From Octopus vulgaris (lineage: Eukaryota): a stretch of DNA of 64,000 bases. The notes under the pieces were generated by a model. It was given only the letters and a program-made list of their open reading frames with translations, was not told where the DNA came from and did not search any database. Location: contig OX597823.1 of the NCBI GenBank assembly GCA_951406725.2, positions 25,978,001 through 26,042,000 on the forward strand, read 5' to 3'. A program made the translations under genes and the position numbers. Within the stretch, counting starts at the first letter, position 1; every line of letters starts with the position of its first letter. Of this stretch, positions 1-13,169 are shown one piece after another.

Positions 1-29
1 CACTAAACTCTGCCCAATGTTTTCCTAGA

Positions 30-425
30 AAAAGTTGGTGACTTAATTAATAGCAGAGATATATGTACTGAAAGCATAGTAACCAGAGTAAGAATGGAAT
101 GGCTAAAATTCAGAGAGTTCGAACCTCTGGTAGCAACAATTTTTTTTTCTTTCTTAGTGTGAAGGGTAGATTGCATAATGCTAGTGTGATGCTGCTTGGT
201 AACAAAACATGCTTTGAATGAAAAGGATTTATGAAGACTAGAAAGAAATGAAGTGATCTGAATGTGTAATGCCAGTGTGCGTGAACAATGGAGTATGTAA
301 GTTGATGGAAAAACTAAATATAAAATGCATCAGATGTAGTGTTTAAGAGAAAAGAATTCATTGGCACAGACATACGTATGGGGGAATGACAGCTGTACAG
401 AGAAGCATTGAGTACTTAAGAGCTC
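30..425 (+). mobile_element. Degenerate RTE-clade LINE ORF2 C-terminal fragment
   Basis: Broken translation ESIVTRVRMEWLKFREF..VKGRLHNA..RLERNE..MCNASV..EKLNIKCIRCSV*EKRIHWHRH matches the RTE post-RT region; many stops and frameshifts. Confidence 0.7.
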
Positions 426-3400
426 AAAATGTTGAGTTTCATGAAGGAGATGACAAAGAATGGTGGTGGTTGGCAGTAAATGGTGCTGGCAAAGACCTGC
501 CCTTCTAAACAAGCTTGGCACAAAAAAAAAAGAAAAAGGTGGTAGGAATGGTGACTAGGACATATCTACATAATCTCTCACCTATGTTTCCGTTAAGTCT
601 CCATCTGCATTGCCACCCCACCATTTTGACACCATCTCATGCTCAGTTATTCACTATACTATAACTGTGGATATAACATGGAACTTTTCATATTCAATTT
701 CCCCTACTGACCCTATTTTATTTTTTTCTCTCTTCCATCATGATGCCTGTGAAATGAGAAAGTTCATCAGATTTATTCACATCCAATATACTCTTCTGTC
801 ACCCTTTTGTACTGGAAGCCATCAATTTTCTTCCCCGGATCAATTATGAACTCTCATTTTTATAACTATCTATCACTTAAACCCCTCATCACAAACATGT
901 AGATGCCATTGCTGCCTATTTCTCATTGCTCCTCTAACACTGTTTTTTCTATTACTCAATCTCTACTACCTTCTCATCCCAAACAATTTGTTTCTGCCAC
1001 CATATCCTTCATTCTTCTACTATATCACTCAACTTCAGTTTCTGTCATTGTCCTCTCAGTTATTCACAACCTTTAAGCATGTTGTTTTGAATAATTAGAG
1101 CCAACACAGAAGTGGGGACAATTTAGTTTTGCAGTGTACAACTACTATAGTGCTAATGCCAGAATAAAATGCATTAAGTGCACTGTGTAAAGTGATTGGT
1201 ATTATAGAGGGGAAACTAAAACATATCAGATGTGGTCCTCCAACTAATCTAGGAGGATAGTAACCCAATAAAAACTAACTCAGTCAGGGCTATCCTATCC
1301 AACCCATGCCAGTATGGAAAGCATATGCAAAATAATAATGATTATGATGCTTGGCTGTGATACTGCTGTCGCTGTTATGAGTGATTATTAGTTTTGTACT
1401 TCCTGTTATTAATTTGATTGCTGTGTGTGTGTGTGTGTGTGTGTGCACGCGCGCAGTCAATGAGCTCTTCTGCCTTATCAAATCTTCCAGTTTTTGACCA
1501 AGAACCATTTTTTTGCTCTATTCTTTTCCTTTTCACATTGATTCTGTAACAGTCACATGACAAAGAAGTTTTATGATGGGGTGTGTGTGGTTAAAGGTAA
1601 GTATTTGTGTGTGCATGTTTGTATGTTAATAGTGAGAGTGGAAGGCCATAGCTAAGAGACTGCTTTTCTCTTTGTTTATGAAAGCAGGTTATGAGTTTTT
1701 TCAGAATGATTTGGATTAGGAGTTCCATTCCTGTACCAGACCAGTTTTCATGGCACAACCAATTCACCTCCAGGATAGTCATCTTTTCTTTCTCATCGGT
1801 CATAATAACTACTGCCAACCACCTTAAGTTTATTTTTGGTGGCACATTCCACATCTTTACTTCTCACAAGTCCATAAATGACAAATGAGGAAGAACCCTT
1901 CAATTTTCACCATGGCAGTAGACTGACTCCTCATATTACCTTCAGAGAGGAACCAAATCTCTACTGATTGTATAGGAAACAATAACGGCAATAGCGATGA
2001 TTTGTTTCTACTACTGGAAGGTGGGATTAATCAAACTGCTTCCAGTACTTGACTGGTACTTTTATTTCACCCACCCCAGAGAGACGAAAGGCAAAATTGA
2101 CCTAGGTGGGATCTCAATTTAGAACTTAGACACTAGGCCAAGCTGTAGCTGCCTCTAATTTATGCCATGTCTATTTTGTTGACACTACATTGAGAAATAA
2201 TGAGTTGGTCTAACTGAAATATGAAGTGATAATGTAGAGCGCTGCGATTGAACACTAAATGACAGTTGCTCAACCAAATTCTGCCAAATGAGAATAACTG
2301 TTAAAATTGGATCAAGACCACACATTTGAAGAAGGGATGTAGATGACTGAATCAACTATCAGTATATTACTGGTACTTATTTTATTGACATGGGAAGAAT
2401 GAAAGGCAAAATCAATGACTGAGATTAAAACTTAGAACAGAAAGAGACGAAACAAATATTGCAAGCTTTTTCTGCCACTCAAATGTAATAACAGTAAACA
2501 TTGTCCACAAATCTGGTTGAAATTTCTTCATTAAGACAATCTGGTAGTAGACATGAAAACAAAGCAAAAAAAAAAAAAAAAGATGTATAACCATCAAATA
2601 AAATGGAATCTTTAATGACTTAAGAAACATAAAAATTGAGGAATATAAGCAAAGTTTCAAGAGAATTTTACCAAGAAGAGAGAGGCAAATATCTATTGGT
2701 AATAAATATATAAATAAAACAAAATAAAAATACAAGTAATATTTTTCTCTTTTCAAATTCAAGGTTTACCAAGAAAGAATGTGATAAACCAGGTTTGTTT
2801 TACTCCGATAACAGAAAGAACATTAGAAAAAAAAAGATAGCTCTCAACAAGTATTTGACATCTTTGTTATGTTCTCATACAAATATAGTATGTGTGTGTT
2901 GGTGTGTGTGTGTGCGCGTGCACACGTGTGCGTAAGTGTGCATGTATTTGTTGGCATACAAATACAGTGTTTGTTTATGAGTATGGTGTGTACATGTGTG
3001 CTTGCAAAGAATATGTTGGAACATGTTTGAGCAATTGTCTCAAAATCTAGAGTCAACATTTCAGCTAACAGATTTCAAAAATCAAATCTCACATACACAC
3101 ATTTACTATAGAGGGAAACCACTGAAATAAATAAATCACTCTATATAAAAATATTAACAGCTGGTAAAGTAATACAGGTACTAATTAATAGTTTGTATTT
3201 TTATAATATATTCAGGTTGAAACTGTCTAGGAAAATTAATTATAAACCTAATTAGAATTGTAATAGACTAGACAATTTGACCCATTAATATTGAAACCAT
3301 CCAAATCCAATGATCATAAAGACAGTGCTATTTGTTTAAACTGGCCAACCAGGCCTTGTTGACATACACTTAATAGCAGGAAAACCTTCATCAAATCACA

Positions 3401-4090
3401 CAGAAGGTCACGTTTTTCCTTAGTTGCAGCATTCCATCACTTTCCCATCATAGATATATCCACATATCTAAAATCATCATTAATGCCATGAATATTAAAG
3501 GATTGAATGAAGCTTATTTGTTGATTTATTATAAGAATATTGTCTATATAGTTTTCACATATATATATATGAATTAATATATACTAATGTATATATATAT
3601 ATATGATAGACTTGTCTGTCTACCAGCCAGCTTTAGAATAACAGTAAATTCATCTGTGATTTTAATCAATACAAAACATGCCAGTTATTTACAAGACCTA
3701 CATAAATATCTTACTTTGTCATCTATCAAAAAATATACACTGCTTCTAAATATATTGTCTATCTTTACTTCTAGATATTTTAAGGCAGACATGGAAAATG
3801 GTTACAGAAAATAGACTAAATGACAATAAAAAAGTTGACTGTTGTTCTGATGTAATTTTTGACTTGATAAATGGTAGTTGAGAACTAGACAATACGAGTA
3901 TGAAAAATAACCTTTCTAGAACATTACAGTATTTCAACTAACTTGTTCTACTGATGAGCCAGGTAATGAAAGCCAAGAAGCAGGCATTAGAGGGCAGGCA
4001 GTTTTATATGCTGATATAAAATATTGTAAAGTCGATGTCAATGAAATGTCAATGAAATTGTAAAGAGTAACAAAGGGAGAGATGACAAGA

Positions 4091-4121
<31 letters not shown>

Positions 4122-4153
4122 GATAGATATACATATATGATAGATTACTTGTA

Positions 4154-4195
<42 letters not shown>

Positions 4196-4310
4196 TATAC
4201 ATATATATATATGATAGATTATCTGTGTGTGTGTATACATATATATACATACACACATATATATACATATATATATATATATAAGATACATATGAGAGAG
4301 ATAGAGAGAT
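4091..4310. repeat. Compound (CA)/(TA)/(GA) microsatellite, probably within the STAM 3' UTR
   Basis: Directly visible dinucleotide runs. Confidence 0.9.
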
Positions 4311-5384
4311 ACAAAGCTAATGTAAGATAATGAATGGAAGTTATTCTCATTTTTTCTGGTTACCAGTATCAATATTGCCAGATAAAAACAAACTCAATAC
4401 TACAGACGTTCAGTTTTTAATATCAGCTTCAGACTTCGGTTTTCCCTTTTTATTTCGAAATCTGTTTCTGTGGGTACAAATGTAAGTATCACAGCAAAAT
4501 AAAATAGCATGCAATCAACTAACACCCTCAAAGCTGCCATTACTATGCAGAAAATGTCTCAATTAGTTTCAATGAGTTAGGCTTTCTTTCTTTACAACAA
4601 CTAAATATTTTGTGTGATACTTGAATGTAGAGGAGAAAAACATTGTGTCAGCTGTCTTTAGAATATAAGACTTTCTTACACTTCATGGCGAACATTCATG
4701 CAGTTCACAAACCACACATGCACATTCACACATCCATGCATATACACACGCACACAAGCATGCACACACATAGGAAGAAGGTAAAAATAAACAAACTATT
4801 CGTATCCATATGCAGACAGACATCACAAATTAGGTTTAATCCATGCCTTACTTCACATGACATAAGATATGGGAGAGAGATAGAGAAGAGAGAGAGAGAG
4901 AAAGGGAGTCCCCGTGACCACAGTCTTTTTAAAAAAAAACAACAATGTAAAACAAAAACAAAAAAAAAAGAAACAGTTAAGTGGTCAAGCTAAGAAGCAG
5001 GAGTAGAACAAACATGCAGTGTTACTACAGTAAGTAATAACCTGCTAGTTCTGCAGAGTGTTTGCTTGGTCAGTTATCACCTGATGTCTACAAAACCACA
5101 AGTCCAGCCTTAAACACTACAGTTATTTTATTAACCATAGAGAGGCATATCACAGTACTAACGATTCCATAATTTAGTTGTTTCCAACAACAACAGTCTT
5201 CAGAAAAAAAAAATAAAAAAGATACAATATCAGAATCATAACAAATTTCTTTTCTTTACTTTAGCCATTCTTAAGACCTGTTTGTTTGTTTGTTTTTGTT
5301 GAAAGTAATGTAATCATGACTTTTCTGTCAACACTGACCTAAGCCAACAGCTGCTCCCCCATCTGTCTCCAAGGCAATAGCAGA

Positions 5385-5565
5385 TCACAACAAAGGTTGT
5401 GGAGGAGGTACTTGTTGATAAGACATTCCTCCACCTCCAGTCGATGGTGGTGGTCCATAATTGGCATCCATTGGGGGTAAGGACATACTGTTCATTGACT
5501 GGGGATTAAACTGTGCTGAAGTTGGTCCATAGGTTGCCATACTGCTCTGAGCAGGAGCTGTTACT
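5385..5565 (-). CDS. STAM: STAM last coding exon (181 nt incl. TGA): [14 protein letters not shown]...[11 protein letters not shown]
   Basis: gttctcag|AGTAACA...; C-terminal QPLL resembles vertebrate STAM C-termini; lies within ORF 5385..5591. Confidence 0.9.
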
Positions 5566-8500
5566 CTGAGAACAAATGTAAGAATTGACAATTAGTAGAA
5601 TTCATACAAACATCTTGTTGCTTCACAAATAAATAACAAGAGTGTGTTCGTGTGTGTGTGTATGAAATTCAGTTCAAAGCATGGTTTCATGCAATTATCA
5701 AAATGTCTAGTTTAAATTAATTATTTCTGTCCCAACCCATGCCAGTATGGAAAATGGATGTTAATGAATGATAATGATAATGTTTTCATCTCAGATTGGT
5801 TATCAAGTATTTTACTCTTTGATATAGACTCAGGCACTGTGGCTCAATAGATAAAGATACTGCTCCTCTTACTTTAGAAATAGAAGGTTCTTAGTTCAAA
5901 TGCAGTGCAGGACTAGTTACATATCCAGGAATAATGTGCCCGGTGATCAATCGAAAACTGAACTGATTGAGTTAAGTATAAATATATATATATTAAAAAT
6001 ATACACCGTAAGGTAGTGGTTAACAATGGATGTAAATATTGGAAATAAACATAGTAAAAATATGGTTAATAGCACAGACATGGTTGTGTGGCTAAGATGT
6101 TCACTTTGGAACCACATGAATGTTGTCAAATTAACATTCTACAATATAATGATGGGTCAACTAATAATACCCCGTGAGTGAAATTGGTAGACTGGAACTA
6201 AAAGAAGCCTGTTATGAGTGTGTGTGTGTGTGTGGTTGATTTCATACTTTCTCTTTGTCATAGACAACTTTGCTGACTTGTAAACAAAACAAAAGCTTCT
6301 CCACTAAAACAGATGGTATTGTATGCTTGGCATCAACTGCAAAATCAAATCTGGATTTCTTGACATGTTGCAGGATCTTTGTAAACAAACTATGCCCTGA
6401 AGGGTAAAATCTGCTTCAATGAATTCCAAATGACTTAGGCAAGCATGGAAGAAAGGACATCAAAACAATAATGTTGATCATAAAATGTAAAGATGTGGTT
6501 TATAGTGTAGAAATAAATATTGCTTTCAAATTTTGGCACAAGGCCAACAATATTGGGGGGGGGGGGGGGTAAGTCAATTATATTGCCCCCAGTGCTCAAC
6601 TGGAACTTATTTTGTTGACCACGAAAGGATGAAAGGCAAAGTAAACCTTTGTGAAATTTGAACTCAGAATGTAAAGACATGAAATGTTAAGCATTTTGCC
6701 TGGCATGCTAACCATTTTGCTAGCTCACTGCCTTACTGTAGATATAAATATTAAAAATATATACTGTGAAGTCGTGGTTAATAGTGTAGCTATTAAGATT
6801 TTAATTTACTTAACCATTAACCACAATTTGCAGTGTATATTTACAGTATTTATAATTAAACAGAAGCTAAGTTTTAGAGATTTTGCAGCAAGGATGCCTG
6901 CTTGGTATGGATTTAGTTATACAGTTACCATCATCATACATAGATCATTGTTTTTTTTTATTTAGTGAGCAGAAATTACGAAGTGACTCAAGAGCTGAGA
7001 GTTTCATGCATTAGCTCTTATGAGACTAAGTGTTAATACATGAAGCTATTAGCCCTCAAATCACTTTGTAACTTTTGCCAGTTAAATATGAACATATATA
7101 CACTCGTGTTATGAGTTCTAATTTCCTGTTTGTTTTACCAAGCCTAAATATAATCAGTTATATATATAGCACAATGTCTAAGATTAAGGTGATGGATTCA
7201 TAATTACAACAACCTTATTATTTCAGCAAGTGTGTTGCACCCCAGAGCATAACATAACCTTACTGACCTTAGTCTAGTCTATTCCACTTTTGGTTTATAG
7301 TAGAATGGTAATCAGCAGAAATGATGTAACAACATCAAAATCAGTTGTGCCTGTGCCAACGATATACAAATGACCAGATTTATAGGCATCTAATTTCTCA
7401 TTGTACTCTCTAGTTTTTCCATCTTTACAGAATTTTCTTGTGTTAGTTCAGCTGAGAATGATTTCACCGAAACTTCTATATTGCTGATGTTTATTCACTG
7501 CCATTCATGCAGAACTATGATTAAAGGGATTCCAGCTATGACCATCCTTAAGTTTTACTAAATGCAGGGAACCCATGTTAACCAACCTGTTCTTTTTAAG
7601 ATGCTAGAGTGTAAATTGAAGGATATTTGGCTGCTATTTCCAGCAGAGAAAATGACCATGTGGTGGCTTCCTCACTAATTTGTCATTGCTGTAATCAGAT
7701 GTACATGTGTGATACATTTCAACAACCATGGGAAATGCTTCAAAGAATTTTAGCTTTGGTTTCAATGTAACTGTTGTCCTATAGGAAAGACTGTCAGTCA
7801 ATACTTGGTCATTACGGAGTAAAAATCAAAATGACCAAGTAGGTATCATATACTGAACTATCAGCAATTCATAGCACTTGAGTTCAAACCACTGCACGCA
7901 TTTCATTGTGCATTGAGTATTGCATTTTATTCTGCTCTGCCGTAGTTCATCCAGCTGTCAAGAATAACAACTAGATCATCTGAGAATGTGCAAACAAATT
8001 TGCATCTTAACCATCTGATATCATTTATTGAAAACCAAATACCAGTCATTAAAAAGCAGTACATCACTACAGGGAAGGAGATGCTGTAGTTCTAGTCAGA
8101 CCTGTTGTAATTCTGGGCAGTCAATACATTTAATCCTGTCAGTGAATACTTACCCATTATAGGGTTGCTGAGCTGCTGATACAACAATGGAATTTCCATT
8201 TAAGCTCTGAGCTGGAGCTGGCTGTTGTGACATCATGTTAGTTGGTATTGGTCCCTGGGGTACAGGTCCATTGTTTGCATGGATGATTGAAGGTGGGGCC
8301 TGCCCAGGGCTTATGTATTGAGGTTGGTTTGCATATTGTTGTTGTTGCTGTTGTTGTTGTTGCTGCTGAGGTGGTGGCTGTGGAAATTAATCCAAACAAT
8401 AATGTCATTAATAAGGTTACAAATAAGTAAAATAATATAATAGTTAAGGAATCTGTGAATGCCAAATATATTATCTTAGACAGCATCTCTCTCTCTCTCT

Positions 8501-9079
8501 CTCTCTCTCACCTCTTTGTGTTTCTGTCAATTCTTAGAATATGTTTAATATTTTTTTATTTGTTGGTTGATGTTTAGATAAGTCTCATTAAGGAGCCCTA
8601 TGATCAAAAGCATTCCAACCATGGTCATCATGTAATTTTTCATACATGATATACAAAGACCACATTATCTCTTTATGTCATAACAAAAATGTGATGAGAT
8701 TTGGCTACTATTTCTAGCAAAATGAATGAATGAAAAGAATCTCTTTTTATAGTCCCCTCTATTTATCACTGTATTAAGTGATTGATCAGAATACAACAAC
8801 CCACCACAAGGTTTTGCATAAACTATTATAGAATGTTGACTTGTTAAAAATCTGTTATGATTCCAGTATATTAACAAAATTTTGGTTGAGATTTCAATTT
8901 AAATATCATTAAAGGCACAGGTGTGGCTGTATGTTTAAGAAATTTCCTTCACAGCTACATGGTTTTGAGTTCAGTCCCAGAGCATGGAACCTTGGGCAAG
9001 TGTCTTCTACTATAGCCCCAGGCCAACCAAAGTCTTGTGAGTGGATATGGCAGACAGAAACTGAAAAGAAGTCAATCAT

Positions 9080-9118
<39 letters not shown>

Positions 9119-12100
9119 CATATGTCTGTGTGTCTCTTTGTCTTGCCATTGCATAAAAGTTGTACAAGAACACCATTATCATACAGATGATATCCTTTGT
9201 TTCCAATCTTCTGTGAAAATACGTCTGACTATAGAGAAATATTACCTTACTTAGAAACAGACGATAGTTGGCAATGGGAAGAACATCCAGTTGTTAAAGA
9301 ATCTGAATTCCATCCAATCTAATGCAGGCATGGAAAAATGTGATGTAAAAACGATAATGATGATGATGACTTCAACATAGGTTTTTAGGTGGTTTAGTAT
9401 TCAAGGAGTTAAATCAGAGACCAAATGTTGTAAGTAAAATCATGGATGAGACATCATGTCTTCACAATATAAAGATGTCATGATGGATGGTCATCTAGAA
9501 AGCTGATGATTCAGTTAAATTCAAATGAACCAACAAAGTTTAATCCAAAAGTAACATATGTATATGAAAATTGTAGATAACATAGGTATTATCTTTCTCT
9601 GTGTTAGAGTTCAGCTCAAGTATAGCTAATCAGCTCTAAGTATTCTATCATCTTTCTCTCTGTCAGAGTCAAGCTCAATTAAAGCTGACCTATTTTAGGT
9701 ATTCTGTCATTTTTTCTGTTAATGTCCAGCTTAAACAAAGCTAATTTAACACTAGGTATTCTATCCTCTTCTCTCACTTAAGAGTTCAGTTACTCAGTGT
9801 TACAAAACAATGAAAATGTAAATGACTGAGTAGGCATATTTGGGACAACATAGCAGAAATACTAAAGTGTATAAACAAAATTAAAACAACATACACATTG
9901 TGAGGTCAAATGTTATACTGTGGCTAGATGGTCATAAGTTTAAAGTTTAATACTACAAGTTGTGTTGTGTCTATGAGGACAGCATGTAATCCTACTAGCT
10001 TCAGTTTTCTTGATTAAGCTAAAAATTAGGTCAGATGTCTGTTATAGCGGTATAGCAACCAAGTTTCTTTTATTATAGCGTATATTTTCTAGTAAGTTTG
10101 TTTACAGTTAATGCAATGCTACTTATTATGTTTCCTATTTGGAAATAGATAAAATTATTTAGCTTTTAAAGCGGTATAGCTACCAAGTTTCTCTGATGTC
10201 ATATTATAGCGTATATTTTCTAGTTAGTTAATGATAGAACTGTCACTTATAACTAAGTGTTATCATTATACGCAGTCCAAACTACAGTTATATAAACATA
10301 GTTCAGGCGAGAGGCTGAATGTTCAGCTTAAGTTCAGCTCTCTCAGGCGAGAGGCTGAATGTAGCGAGTAGCCACTTCATAGGAAAATAGCAGTATAGCT
10401 ACCTATGCTTCTCTTATGTTATTATTATAGCGTATATTTTCTAGTTAGCTTTGTTTACAGTTAATGCAATGCTACTTATGTTTCCTATTTGGAAATAGAT
10501 AAAATTATTTGGCTTTTAAAGTAAGGATGTATAATGATAGGACCGTCACTTATAACGTAAGTGTTATCATTATACGCAAATCCGAACTACAGTATATAAA
10601 TGCCATAGAGAAATATACTTTCTGGAACGCTAATGAACATTAGTGAGAATGTATGTTAAATATGATTTTTGTGTTCATTTAACCGCTATAAGAAAATACA
10701 ATTTAATAATTACAGAAACACATTTTATACATAGTTGAAGAACGTGAAGAAAGAGAAAACATTTTCTACATTAATTTTTATTATATACATATAGCATTTT
10801 TATATTATTATATACATTTTGAAGAAAAGTAAATTTTGTCAGAGAATTACGACTATATATTTTAACTATCTAATTTCTCATTCTAGCTAATATTAAATCT
10901 CAACAATTCAAACAAGACTTGTTGGATTTTCCTTGGACATGACATAAAAAAAAATCACCAATGTCTCAAAGGAGTGAGTGTTGTGGAGTTTAGTTACATC
11001 CAACAAACATTGAAGTTTTTCTCAAAATCCAGGATTTTTATAACTGCTCAACTTGACTTTAAAGAATCGAAATCACATACAAATATTCTTTAACTAATTC
11101 TTAGAATTCCTATATGAGCAGTTATATTAACCAATGGAAAAACGACAATCCTATTTCTTCGGCAATACGACATTACGTCATATTGCCAGCTACCCCATAT
11201 TGGCGCTCTTATTTAAAAATGGCTACATGCTACACTGTAATAAGAAAATGGCAAAGTAGAAAGTTGCAGAAATTTGCAGTTTTGAGAGAAAAGGATTATG
11301 CAAAGGAGTGACAGGTGTTTGGATAAAATGGATGCAAAGAATAGTCAGCAAACTAGTTTAAAAGAGCAGAGGCTGTTGTAGTAACAGTAAAAGTAGCAGA
11401 TACAGGAAACAGTGTATCTGTTAGCTTGTGGTTGTAGCACCTACATCAGAGTTGAGCAGTTGGTGGTAGGAAGAGACCTCTATCATCTTGTGTAACAAGA
11501 GTTGCTTTAAGAGAAAAATCAATACATTCAGGTAAAACTGGAGAAAATGTTTAAGAAAGGAAAAAAAAAACAGGTGGAGAACAGTCAGGGATTATGGTGT
11601 AAATTTCACTTTTTTAAAAGCTAGAATGAATAGAATTCAATGGGAATCCTCTGAAAAACAATCCAGGCGAAGATAATTAATATGAAGAAGAATACAAGAT
11701 GAATGCCTACCTGTGGGATACCTGATGGAATATAAGTGCTAGGGGCTTGTTGTGGTGCAGGTTGATGGGACATATAGAACACAGGATTTTCTTTCATTAA
11801 GTTGTGGTACATTTGTAAAGCATCCATCACTTTCATATTTAATTCTACCAAATTAGCGTGTTTCCTGTCAACAGAAAAACAAAAGAGTTGAAATGTTTTC
11901 ATTGTAAGGTTACAAAATGGCTGTAATCGTATGGAAGCCACATGGTTAAACAAATATACATTCATCACTCATACTGTCTGGGCTCTGAAAGGTCATGTCA
12001 TATTTTTTTTGTCATAATTATTCATACTAATATGTAATTCCTGAAGAAGAATCTAATTTTTATGTCAAGAAGAGCTTTTTGCTTTTGTTTTTGGAATTAA

Positions 12101-13126
12101 TTAGACCTGAATTATGAATTAAAGATTATCAACAACTACAATTTTTTTCCTTTCCTTATACTTCATTTATGCATATATATATATATATATATATATATCA
12201 AATAGAATTTAGTGTGTAGAAATATATTGCAACTTAGTACAGATATGTAAGTGTAGTTGCATGCATTTAAAAGAAACAAAAAAATATTAAATGCATGTAG
12301 CAGAAATTATTCAGTCATCCAAAGCAGAAGTGTTTTTATGTCTGCTTTTCATCCATGTAGTATGTACCATGGCATCACCTCATTCTGAGGTAGTCTCTAC
12401 AGGATTTTTACTTCCATATATATATATGAACATCTGTTTTACCATGCTAGCATGGCTTGACCAAGAACTGATTTTAAAGCAGGATTTTATGATTGGATGC
12501 TCTTCCTGTTGCCAAACTTCATCTTTTCAAGCAAGATCTTTTTTATTCCACTGATCTTCGAAAGTGAAGAGTGACTGGTTGTAATGTTAACAAGGAAATA
12601 CAAGCATCAACACAGTTTCATTCAAACCATGATAAGTTACCTGTTGACATTCACCCACACACAGCTTAGTATAGTTTCTATCAATCAAATTCTCTCACAA
12701 GATATTAGTCAGTCTGGAACAATAATAGAAGACATTTGCCTAAGGTGCTGCACAGTAAGACTGAACTTGAAGCCATGTGGTTGCAAAGCAAACACCTTTA
12801 CTTTGCCACAGAAACATGCCTCTGTGTGTGCATGTATGTGTGTGTACACATGTACATACATACACACACACACACACACACGCACAGGAAAGAGAAAGTA
12901 GCACTCAAGACATTTGGTTGGAGTTCATCATCATCGTTTAGCATCCGCTTTCCATGCTAGCATGGGTTGGACGGTTCAACTGGGGTCTGGGAAGCCAGAA
13001 GGCTGCACCAGGCCCAGTTTGATCTGGCAATGTTTCTACAGCTGGATGCCCTTCCTAACGCCAAACATGTATTTAACTGTTTGACAACTCCATGAAATTT
13101 AAATTGTGTGCAGCTGAGTCAAACTG

Positions 13127-13169
<43 letters not shown>

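Noticed and set aside
3951-3972. ctgatgag...gaaa hammerhead-like motif on the + strand
   Set aside because: No pairing stem II or stem I could be drawn.
3934-4372. Overlapping ORFs rich in YI/CV/TH (also 38048-38316 and 56906-58523)
   Set aside because: These are translations of dinucleotide microsatellites or SINEs, with no protein similarity.
5833-5915. tRNA-like sequence (also ~19606-19660 and ~34520-34600)
   Set aside because: No complete cloverleaf; these are decayed SINE heads rather than tRNA genes.
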